The position numbers and the translations under genes were made by a program. A model generated the notes under the pieces. That model had not been told where the DNA came from and did not search any database. It saw only the letters and a program-made list of their open reading frames with translations. From Takakia lepidozioides (Eukaryota; Plantae; Bryophyta), in contig CM060732.1 of NCBI GenBank assembly GCA_030704615.1, positions 3,348,001 through 3,412,000 of the forward strand: 64,000 nt of DNA. The letters run 5' to 3'. This document shows positions 1-10,948 of the stretch, piece by piece; within the stretch, counting starts at the first letter, position 1, and each line of letters begins with the position of its first letter.

Positions 1-2133
1 GCGCGCAAAATTTCCGCCACGCAGGTAATTCGGAGCCGGATGGATGGAAATCCGGCGCCGGATTTCCATCCTGTCAGGTAGGGCGGCGCGCGAAATTTCC
101 GCCACGCAAGTAATTCGGAGCGGATGGATAGAAATCCGGCGCCGGATTTCCATCCGCCAGGTTGGTCGGAGAGCGGATGGATGGAAATTCGGCGCCGAAT
201 TTCCATCCGGCAGGTAGGGCGACGCGCAAAATTTCCGTCATGCAGGTAATTCGGAGCGGATCAGGATGGAAATTCGGCGCCGAATTTCCATCCTGCAGGT
301 AATTCGAAGCCCGGATGGATGGAAATCCGGCGCCGAATTTCCATCTAGCAGGTAACTCGGATCGCTGGCGGATGGAAATTCGGCGCCGAATTTCCATTCG
401 CCAGGTAAGTCAAAGCGCCGAATTACCTTCCTGCAGGTAATTCTGAGCGTGGCCGCTTGGTTTTTCGGAGAAAAACAAACTAAACTGTTAGTTTTGTGGC
501 TGAAGTCCACTTTTAGACACGTTTTTCATGGAATCCTTGACTGCTACAGGGAATTCCGAACGGCCTCGGACGGAAATTCGGCGCTGTTTTTCCATCCTGG
601 GAGGTTTTTATATCGTCCAGTTTTGGGCCTCACCACCTGACCGGACTTCCTTTGAGGGGGCCCGGATGGAAATTCGGCGGCGAATTTCCATCCGGGGGAT
701 GGTCTCTGTCGGACAGGTGCCGGCGTCTCCGCCCGAGGCGACTTCGTCCGGGCGTGCCCTGTTGGATATTCGGTGCCGAATTTCCGTCCGGGGGTTGAAA
801 TGTGACGGTCAGGTGCCGGCCTCTCCCTTGTCGCGGCCCTTTGCCTCGAGGGCAGGGGGTCGGGACACAAGAGGGGCTGCCCCTGTGGTGGGGGCAGTGG
901 CAGCGATAGGTATGGGGGGCTGAAGCACCGTTGAGTGTCCAAGGCACTCAAGGAGGCGGAGGCGCTCACTAGGTGGAGCCCCGCACACCGGGTTGCGGTG
1001 GGGGTGGCTCCACAAGGGGTGGTGGTAGCTTAGCGGGACTTAGTGGGGGTGGCATAGGACTCACCCTGTGGCGGAGACCTCGTGGTGGGAGTCGTGGGGA
1101 GTCTTGGGACTCATCACGGTCCATAGGGGCCGTGGTGGGTGGGCCAAGACTCACCGCGACTCATCACCGGGAGTCGAGGGTGTTCGTGGTGGTTCGCCAT
1201 AAAATGGTATGGTTGTTTATGAAACCCCCGCGGACAGCTACAGAAGTATATATAGGGAGTAGTAACCCCGAGAACGGTGCAAGCCCGTTGGTGACCAAAA
1301 ACTAGTGAGTAAGCGAGCGAGCCGGAAAGCGACCAAAGAGTGGGGAGCTGTTCCGGACTGCCAACTACCAAAGGGAATTCCGCTGGTGCCAAATCGTTGG
1401 AGGGTTCTTTCGGAGGACAAAGGGGGGACCGTTATGCCCCGGTGAGCAGCCGAAGCTCCAAGTTGGCCCGGCGGCCAGGTTGGGAGTCATCAAGCGAGTA
1501 TCTATGACTTGAGGGGGGAGGTTACCGAAGTGAGGTGCGCGACATCCCCCCTCCCCGACTGCATCCGAACGGCCCCGGATGAAAATTCGGCGGCGCCGAA
1601 TCTCCATCCAGGGGATGCTCTCTGTCGAACACGCGCCGGCCTCTACGCCCGAGGCGACTTCATCCGGGCTTCCCCTGTTGGATATTCGGTGCCGAATTTC
1701 CGTCCGGGGGTTGAAATGTGACGGCCAGGTGCCGGCCTCTCCCCCCTCCCCGACTGCATCCGAACCGCCCCGCACGGAAATTCGGCGACGTTTTTCCATC
1801 CTGGGAGGTTTTTATATCGTCCAGTTTTGGGTCTCACCACCCGACCGGACTTCCTTTGAGGGGACCCGGATGGAAATTCGGCGCCGAATTTCCATCCAGG
1901 GGATGGTCTCTGTCGGACAGGTGCCGGCCTCTCCGCCCGAGGCGACTTCGTCCAGGCGTGCCCTGTTGGATATTCGGTGCCGAATTTCCGTCCGGGGGTT
2001 GAAATGTGACGGCCAGGTGCCGGCCTCTCCCCCCTCCCCGACTGCATCCGAACGGCCCATCCATGGAAATTCGGCGCCATTTTCCCATCTGGGTGGGTTT
2101 TTATGTCGGCCAGTTTTTGGCCTGCCCCCCCGA
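1..2133. repeat. Truncated, inverted copy of the family-A Mutator-like intergenic palindrome array, interrupted by a solo LTR
   Basis: Reverse complement of ~8900-9760, including the shared unique spacer 'gtggccgcttggtttttcggagaaaaacaaactaaac'. 22-bp palindromes start at 46, 130, 183, 268, 321, 374, 572, 668, 764, 1680, 1776, 1872, 1968 and 2065. Confidence 0.9.
829..1544 (+). mobile_element. Solo LTR of the chromovirus-type Ty3/gypsy family
   Basis: TGTCGCG...CGCGACA termini; flanks TCCCT/TCCCC (5-bp TSD, 1 mismatch); homologous to the LTRs at 26761, 28659, 33511, 37409 and 40185 in the opposite orientation. Confidence 0.92.
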
Positions 2134-4236
2134 CTTGTAAACAACTTCGAACTCAAACTCGTGCAAGATTATTAACCACCTCGCTATCCTTCCACTTATC
2201 AAAGGTTTGTTCACCAGATATATCAGAGCCTGGTGATCCACATAAAACATAAACTTTCTTCCCAATAGGTAATGCTTGAATTTCTTGACTGCATAAATCA
2301 TCGCCAGTGCTTCTCTTTCAGTTGTGCTATAGTTCCTTTCAGCACTGTTCATCAACCTGCTAGCATAGTACACAAGTGAATCTATATTTCCTGTAATATT
2401 TTGGGCTCACACCGCTCCCAACGCTTCTCCCGAGGCATCATAGTGAACATGAAATACTACATGCCAGTGAGGGTTAATCAGCACAGGTGTAGTTGTTACT
2501 GACAATGTAAGTTCCTCAAAAGCCTGTTGACATTCAGCTGTCCATGCAAACACTGCATCTTTCTTCAGAAGCTTGCTCAATGGTGCTGCTATCCGTGCAT
2601 ACCTTTTGACAAATCTTCTGTAATAACTGGTTTGTCCAAGGAATCTCCTTAGACTCTTAACATTTACTGGTGGTGGTGAGGCTTTAATGGCCTCTATCTT
2701 CCTGGGATCCACAAGAAGTCCCCTCTTACACACAATGTGTCCCAGAAGCACCCCTGAGTTCACACAGAAAGTACACTTATCTGGATTCAGGCCTAGACCT
2801 CTCATTCTGCATCTGGCCAAACATAACTCCAATTTATGCAAGTGCTCATTCTTAGAGCTGTACACACTGAAAATCATCCAAGAACACCTGCATGAAATCA
2901 TCCAGATACTCATGAAAAGATTCACTTATCACTCTCTGAAAGATTGCTGGTGCATTACAAAGTCCAAAAGACATGACTTTGTATACATAAGCACCCCAGT
3001 CTGTGATGAAACCCGTCTTTCCCTGGTCTTCTTCTGCCACTTGCACTTGATTATAACCACTGAAGCCATCCATGAATGAGTACATCTCATGGCCTGCCAC
3101 AGTGTCCAATACCCGCTTCTGTGAATGGCAAAGGGAAATGATCTTTCTTCGTGCAAGCATTCAACTTCTTATAGTTCACACAAACTCTCAGTTTACCATT
3201 CTTCTTGGGAACTATCACAATGGGTGACAACCAAGTTGTATACTCTATCGGGTATATAAACTTAGCCTCAGCCAACTTCTTGATCTCTTCTCCAACCTTA
3301 TGTGCATAGTTGGGATTCATTCTCTACCTTGCCTGTTTGATTGGTACTGACCCTGGTTCCAGTTCAATCTTATGCTGACAGATCTCAGGTGGTATCCCTT
3401 TTAGATCCTCGTAGCTCCAAGCAAATACATCTTTGTATTTGATGAACAAACTCTTAGCTTCCTCAAAGAATTTTGGCTCCAAATCAGCCCCTACCTTCAC
3501 CATCCTCGGTTCCTCTTCAGTTCCCACATTCACTTCTCTTACCTGCTCATCAGCTGTGATTGTCCAACCAGTCACCACTTCATCCTGTAAACTCACAGCG
3601 GCTGGTTCCTCTAGTATTTCCATTTCTCCTTCTCTTTCTTCATAAAAATGTGGTGGGTAACTGCTTATTTCACCTTCAATTGGTGTTGCTGTCACTACAC
3701 CACAGCAGATACCTTTTAAACAACTTAGGCCTTCCAACCGCATCTCTGCAACCTGCTCCCACTTTGGGTGTGCAGCGAATAGAGTAGCTTCCTGCTCCTC
3801 ATCCAGTCCTCCCCTCCAGTCATACTCCCTGACCCCTCGAGGTCTTCTCGTAGCAGGTAATCTACTAGATTTCTTAGTGGTAATTTGTATCTTGTGCATC
3901 CCATTATGCACAGTTAGTAACTGAGAATTCCAGTCATGGAATACCCTGACATGTTTCAGCCACGGATGTCCCAATAATAAGGAGTAAGCCTCCATGACTT
4001 CATCCATCTTCAACACAGTTACTGTGATCATAAAGATCATCTTTTGCTTCCAATTCTCAATTGGATTACTGGCATAGAATCATCAAAGTCCATGACTCCT
4101 TCTCGCCCTTCCGGCTTCACATTATAACTGGTCACCTTGCTGTTCAGGTCTGTGTTTCCTGTCACATGGGCAATTCGATTGATTGCTTGATACAGCCTGT
4201 GTCTACAATAAGGTGCCACAACCAATAGCTGTCCAA
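2134..4236 (-). pseudogene. Gypsy pol fragment (partial protease, RT, RNase H) of the Athila-like family
   Basis: ORFs 3324-4040, 3087-3320, 2852-3160, 2407-2925 and 2101-2373 are nearly identical to pol at 49340-51620 (WLSPIVIVPKKNG, FLDD, DASG, NYSTTERE). A deletion at ~4040 removes the protease DGG motif. Confidence 0.92.
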
Positions 4237-4275
4237 GAGGTTAGCTATTTCATGAGCATGAGCGGCATGAGCGGA
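4237..4275 (+). repeat. Left terminal inverted repeat with CATGAGC(GG) sub-repeats
   Basis: Matches the reverse complement of 16761-16799 and of the family B end at ~25050-25072. Confidence 0.8.
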
Positions 4276-4467
4276 GTAGCAAGACAATCGGCTTTCATGA
4301 GCAGAAGTACAAATTTCGAAAATAAAAAACATTATAAAACATTAATTTAATGGAATGTGTCAGAAAAAACAAATATATTATTCGGCACTTTGAAGGGGAA
4401 ATTGTAGTTTTGAGAGTTGTGCTCATGATATTTCGTCTTCCGCTCATGCCAATTCCCAGCGACATGT

Positions 4468-4864
4468 GCAAAAATGGCGCCGAATTTCGCGGTAATAGGG
4501 TCCGTAACCGGAAAGAATCGCGACGTATTTCGCGGTAATAGGTCTCTCTGGCGAAAAATGGTGCTGAATTCCGCGTCTATAGGTCCCCTCATGACAGGTG
4601 TGTAAGCCCAAAATTTGGAAATGTGGCACCGAATTTCGGTACATGGTGCCGGGGATTGCACAGATGTTGGGCAGTTCTGGGCCATGTAACTGGAAATTCG
4701 GCGCCATTTTTCCAGACATCGTTCCCGAGCATGTTCGGACTTAGCCAGTTTTCGGCCCAAAATAGGGAAATTCGGCGCCATTTTTCCTGACACAGGGGTA
4801 CCAGTGCATGTTGGGACTTAGCCAGTTTTCGGCCCAAAATAGAGAAATTCGGCGCCATTTTTCC
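4468..4864. repeat. Palindrome array 3' of the family A transposase
   Basis: GGAAATTCGGCGCCATTTTTCC-type sites at 4468, ~4510, 4552, 4617, 4692, 4766 and 4843. Confidence 0.85.
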
Positions 4865-5021
4865 AGAAATGGCCCCACAACTGCTTCTGTTGGATCTCAG
4901 TTTGAATGGAATATTGCCTCATTCCAGGAGTTTTGGGGTGCATTTCATTACACTGCAAAAAAAAATCTGATACATGAAAATGCAATTGAAAATATCCATA
5001 TGGAGGATTCCCTTTGCCCCA

Positions 5022-8000
5022 TCAATGATTTCTGGAATCCCTAAGGAGGAGTTTGTGCAGCTCGTTCACGCTCAACACCGGTGCATGACTAAAGTCATCA
5101 ATAGTCACGTTCATCCTCAACCTCTTCAGGTAAATGTAATACAGATGCTTGCACGGATAATACTTTGAACCCTTCTTTACTTCCATCAAGGAGAAGTCCG
5201 TACAATTGCAAGTCGGCTCCACTCCAATCGTAATTGTGTATACATCGTCGCGTACAGCCGAGCCGGCCGTTGCCATCCGATAAATGCGCCCAAGGCCGGG
5301 TGGAGGTACGTCCACGGAGCTCTGAATAGTGCAAGCCATCCCAAGAGCATTGGCAATCCGAGTCTCATTCAACTTGTTGGGAGGGTGTCGTCTCTTCACT
5401 CTTCCGAATCGCATTGTGGGATGTGCAGAATTGTTCAATCTGTCTCTACTGGACCGAGCAGTCTGCAATCCTGCTGCAGATAGAGCATCCGCCTCATTCT
5501 GAGAGAGGCTGCAACCTGGTGCAACAGGCCAGACGCCCGGAGGCTCCGGCATTCCCTGAATCCCGTATTTGGGCTTGCCAAATACACAGGTCATTATGTC
5601 GTGCCTACAGAACCAAAACGTCTGCGTTGTGGCGTGAGCAAATGTGGGAGTAAAAAATCTGCCGCTGAAACAAGGTGCAGGTACAGCACCATGTGGGTTC
5701 CTCCGAATCATCTCACCACAGCGTGCTCTTGTATCCACCCGAATGGCGCAGCACTTCCCTCGAAATGCCGACAATGTCCTTGCAATTCTCCACTGTGACT
5801 CCGACACTCTTGTCTCCACAATGGGTATGTTGTACTGCGTTACTACAGATGGCTCGTTATGTTCCTTGGGCACGTGTCCTGTGCTCAAAGGAGATGGCGA
5901 TCTTGAACGTGCAGGACTTGCGGTGCTCGACGAGACCTCATTGGGCAACATCACGGGACCACGAGGGAGCGTGCGAATATTCTTGTCAGCTCGCCATGAA
6001 TCCTCTTCCCCGCTAGGTGCCTCGTCAAGTCGCAAGGCCGCCGCCCACTTCCGAGGATTCTTGGATCTGGAGGCAGTCCGCATCAGCATTTCCCGCCTGT
6101 CCGGCCCCAAGCCCCACTGTTTCCCTTTCAAGAACTCGTTGTACCTGCATTGCTGCATAATTGACCTCACAATGTCCTCCGTTGTGGCAGTGAGGATGTC
6201 CACCAGATGCGCCGCAGAGGAGGCACGCCAGGAAGAATGCACTGATTCGGCCATGTTTGTCGTGGGCATGTCGGTGTCGGAGTCGAGACACATTTCCTGC
6301 ACAAGCACATGTTGAGGTTACAAACAAGTTACAAATAATGCCAAGAATAATATTCTACGGGACGCGAATTCGTGCAACTCACCTCCCGCATATAGTCGCC
6401 GAACTGGAGGAAACGATAATGCCACCATGCTAGCCAACTAACCATTGCTCTCTCGTCTGATTTCCTTACAGCACCTGACGATGTCCACCAAGCCCGTATA
6501 CATGCAAACTGTGTCTCTGCATCATCCAAGGTGGGAGCGCGCTTCCACGCAAGACACATGGAACGGTGCTCCTCTCTGAAATCTGGCGCCACGAGCCTGG
6601 TTGTGTACTACGAAAGGCTCTGCAGAAAATGGAACCCACAAGATCTCTCCTTGCCTTCCATGGGAACATTGGGGTCTTGCCCGTACACCCTTCGGATGGT
6701 AGCCCAATTTGCTTGTGCGTTGTCCGCCATGAAACCACGGAAATTGGGAGGGGGCAATCCCGCCTTGGCCATCTGTTCGTTTATTCCTTGCCAAAGAAGC
6801 ATCTCCGATTGTGTGTCCTCTCCTTTCATCTCACAAATAGCAATTGTCATTAGCATCCTGCAGTGGGTGTCGTAGACATGTGCACCCATTGTCACCCACT
6901 GGTGATTTGTAATTCGCTTGATATGGTCGAACATGACCCAACTGTTTGACAAGTTCCCACTCGTCATCCTGTCGACCAGTTCGAAGCCGCTGCCAGGTCC
7001 ACACGTGGACATTTTGAATACGAAACAACGATCTGCCTCAGTCCCTTGTCCTGGAAACCTACTTCCATGAATGTAGTCATATCCACATCGTCGCTTCACC
7101 TCCAGAATGGAGTGCATATCCGAGCCACGCCCAATTTTCTGTTTGCATGAGACAATGTGGTTTCAGACATTTGGTGAACATACGTGGGACACCGACTCCA
7201 GCAATGCCTCCATTTCCTTCTCATCAAGAGGAACTCTATCGGAGCCGTCTTCCGACATAATTCTGGCCAATGCCATCTTATGGGCGGCTTGGAGCTGTAT
7301 CTGTTTGGGTTTGGCACCCGGTCTCAACTTAACCTCCTCCTGAACGAGCTGCTTTGCCTCGTGGGCAGCCTCCCGCGAGTTCCCCCTCGCCAATTTATGA
7401 CAATGGGAACCAACCTGTATGCAAGCTCGGGTGAGGTCAGGAAAACGGTGCAACACATAGAACTGCTTGGCATTACAAACAGACATGCAGTGTGGTGGTT
7501 CTTTGCAATGCGCACACTTAAATGTGGAGTTCGGAACCTTCTCCTGAGCTCGAAATGGTTGATGAGCTGTGCCTGTCCAATCGGTCTCGTTCCTGTGACC
7601 TCTGGATTTAAAATGGAAGCAAGTCGGGGAGAAACACCGCAACGCGCCCACACAAACAACGTAGCGCACCCGCACACCATCGAGCATCTTCATGCTGGTG
7701 GTTTTGGTGACGCACCAAGGATGACCATCATGTTTTCTATCCATATCTGTCAACATTCCGGACGCCCTCGAGTAGTCCGTCCGAGGAGGGAACTCAAAGA
7801 AGATATTACCGTCGACGTCTGCGGGAAGGCATGTAACCGATTTAATTGCGAACTTGCTGTAGTCCAGCCCGGCCAGCTCCGAGCGGTGTCCCTCCATGTG
7901 AAGCCCTTGCAGAATTTCAAGAATAGATCGAACTGCGGTGCTCGTGCTGGGAATATGACTCCCTCGTCCACTGACGTCCATTGAGGACTTGCCTGATCTC

Positions 8001-8463
8001 CAGGACGACCTCGGAACTTCCATGACCTCGTCTGAGTCGGACAGGTTGTGAACAACCCGGTTCTCGCTCGTCTTCATGGATGGGTTCGGCTCTGGATTTA
8101 CTTCGTTGCGGACTTCTCTCTTTGAGGTAGCCACTCTCTGATTCACGGATTGTTTCATGGAAGGCGCCAGGATAGAAGGTGCATTTGGCGGGCAAATGAA
8201 GTCCCCAACAGCCCTGTATATGACGTTGTCCGATGGTGGAACTCGCCATTCCCTGCCATCGCCGAAATCATTGTGGAGCACAACAATACTCTCGACAACA
8301 ACGCCGTTTGAGTCCTTCCTTTCCTCCTCCAAAAAAACCGACCCCGGTTTCAGGTGGTATCGAACGCACAGATATTTCTCCATCACCCGACAGATGTGCA
8401 CGGAAATGAAGCTCTATGCTCGTGAGGAGGGCAGTACACTGTAGCGCTCGGGTTTTCCGCCAT
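5022..8463 (-). pseudogene. Mutator-like DDE transposase (GCM/WRKY-like Zn finger, MULE core, SWIM finger), family A, disrupted
   Basis: HDGHPW...C-x-C...CAHC...H-x-H N-terminal Zn domain; WVMFDH, FMADNA, CGFH (CxxH), TTNMAESVH; C-terminal CNC...CKH SWIM. GT-AG intron at ~6300-6382. Premature stops at ~7163 (TGA) and ~6608 (TAG), frameshift at ~8400. Confidence 0.82.
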
Positions 8464-8699
8464 GGGAGATGTGCACACAAGACTCCCAGGATGGCGTGCG
8501 GGCAAGCTCCCTGGTAGAAGGGGGATGCAGCGATGGGAAGGCATGCGGTGCCTATTTGTCCGAGCGACGAAGCCTGATCCAAATCCAGGGAGCCAACTAT
8601 CTCAAAAATCCACAGTCAGAGTGTTAATGAACCTTGTCTCAGGAATGCGGCCCCTGGTCTTTGCACAATAACTGCCAACGGTATGCAGTCAGAAAGTGG

Positions 8700-10040
8700 G
8701 GGCCGTCCGGATGATGTCGGCTGAAGGGGAGAAGCCGGCACCATGCCGTCACATTACTACCCCCGGATTAAAATTCGGCACCGAATATCCAGCAGGGGCC
8801 ACACGTATGAAGTCGCCTCAGGCAGAGAGGCCGGAACCTGTCGGACAGAGAACAACCCCCGGATGGAAATTCAGCGCCGAATTTCCATTCGGATCCCCCC
8901 AAAGGAAGTCGTGTCGGGGGGTCAGGCCAAAAACTGGCCGACATAATTTCCATCCGAGGCCGTTCGGATGCAGTCGGCTCGGGGGAAAGGCCGCCACCTG
9001 GCCCTCACATTACTACCCCCGGACGGAAATTCGGCACCGAATATCCAACAGGGGAAGCCCGGATGAAGTCACCTCGGGCGTAGAGGCCGGCGCGGGCAGA
9101 GAGCATCCCCTGGATGGAGATTCGGCGCCGAATTTCCATCCGGGGCCGTTCGGATGCAGTCGGGGAGGGGGGAGAGGCCGGCACCCGGCCGTCACATTTC
9201 AACCCCCGGACGGAAATTCGGCACCGAATATCCAACAGGGGACGCCCGGACAAAGTCGCCTCGGGCGGAGAGGCCGGCACCTTCCATCCGGGCCCCCTCA
9301 AAGGTAGTCCGGTCGGGTGGTGAGGCCCAAAATTGGACGATATAAAAACCTCCTAGGATGGAAAAACGGCGCCGAATTTCTGTCCGAGGCCGTTCGGATT
9401 TCCCTGTAGCAGTCAAGGATTCCATGAAAAACGTGTCTAAAAGTGGACTTCAGCCACAAAACTAACAGTTTAGTTTGTTTTTCTCCGAAAAACCAAGCGG
9501 CCACGCTCAGAATTACCTACAGGAAGGTAATTCGGCGCTTCGACTTACCTGGCGAATGGAAATTCGGCGCCGAATTTCCATCCGCCAGCGATCCGAGTTA
9601 CCTGCTGGATGGAAATTCGGCGCTGGATTTCCATCCATCCGCTCTCCGACCAACCTGGCGGATGGAAATCCGGCGCCGGATTTCCATCCATCCGTTCCGA
9701 ATTACCTGCGTGGCGGAAATTTCGCGCGCCGCCCTACCTGGCAGGATGGAAATCCGGCGCCGGATTTCCATCCATCTGGCTCCAAATTACCTGCGTGACG
9801 GAAATAACGCGCGACGCCCTACCTGGCAGGATGGAAATTCGGCGCTGAATTTCCATCCTGCTGCTCTCCGAATTACCTGCATGACGGAAATTTTGCACGC
9901 CGCCGTACCTGGCGGATGGAAATCCGGCGCCAGATTTCCATCCATCCGCGCTCCGAATTACCTGCAGGATGGAAATCCGGCGCCGGAATTCTATTCTGCT
10001 GCGCTTCGAATTACCTCTATGTTGGAAATTCCGGGCCGAG
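8700..10040. repeat. Intergenic array of 22-30-bp palindromes between the divergent genes of family A
   Basis: Many copies of (GGAT)GGAAATTCGGCGCCGAATTTCC(ATCC) and GGAAATCCGGCGCCGGATTTCC. Confidence 0.92.
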
Positions 10041-10948
10041 TTGCGTCATATTTCATCCAACAGGGAGGGCTTTATCCGACATTTAATTGCGTAGTTGGGC
10101 ATTAAATGTCCACCGCCGTCCGTTTTTATTCGGGCTGGCGACACATGGCTTCCTCGATACGTACCCTAAATCTGATGCTAATCTTGGATTAACTTCTATT
10201 CGAGGCATGTACCCCAAAAAACAGAGATCTTTTTCCATTTTGGCTGGGACTTATGCCGCCTGAAGGGCGTGGCTCTCCTGAGAGAGACCTCACATCCAGA
10301 CCGCGGCGGAAGTTGAAAGCTTTGTACTACGGACGACGGCCAATCTCTCGCATGGCCAAACTTGAGCTCCAGCAGGAGATTCCAGTGTCTTGCTCACAAC
10401 CCGCGCCAACTGAAGCCGAGTACTCTCAGGCAAGCCACTTCTGCTTTCGCTTTGTTCGCTTTCGCTTTGTTGTTTCGATTTGTTTTTGCATCTTCATCCT
10501 GGCATCGCTGGAAGCGTATGGCTGCATCGCAAAAGCAGCAGTTGTTGCGAAGAATGATCAAGGTCTGAGTGGTTAAAAATTAAGGAAATCCATGCTGAGC
10601 TGAGAAGATGAAGTGCCTTCAAAACATTTCACCCTGTTTTCCCGTCTTATGGAATTCCTGATCATTTGTTCATCGTGTTTCATATTACCGGTTGAGTGAA
10701 TCTTAGATAATTTGCAATGCGTGTGCAAAGCCGGCAGCTCTGGAGAAGGCTGCTTGTGCATGTCATTCTTAGGCATTGGTTGGATTTGTTTTCATTGTTG
10801 TTCCATGGCACTCCATACTTCCTAAACTTGTTTTGTTTTCATTGTTGTTCCACGATTGTTGCGCTGCTCGTTGCGATGCTGGTTTTGGCACCGATGTTGG
10901 TTCTGACGATTTTGGGAATGACAGAGTGACGACGAGCCCGACACGCTG

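Noticed and set aside
973-1392. Recurrent ~90-110-aa ORFs inside the chromovirus LTRs
   Set aside because: They recur only because the LTR is repeated; frames shift between copies and no domain is recognisable.
74-2175. Many ORFs with MEIRRRIS/GNSAPNF/WKFGAEF motifs (also at 8696-10105, 13389-13816 and 19372-21026)
   Set aside because: These are translations of the GC-rich palindrome arrays in all six frames, not genes.
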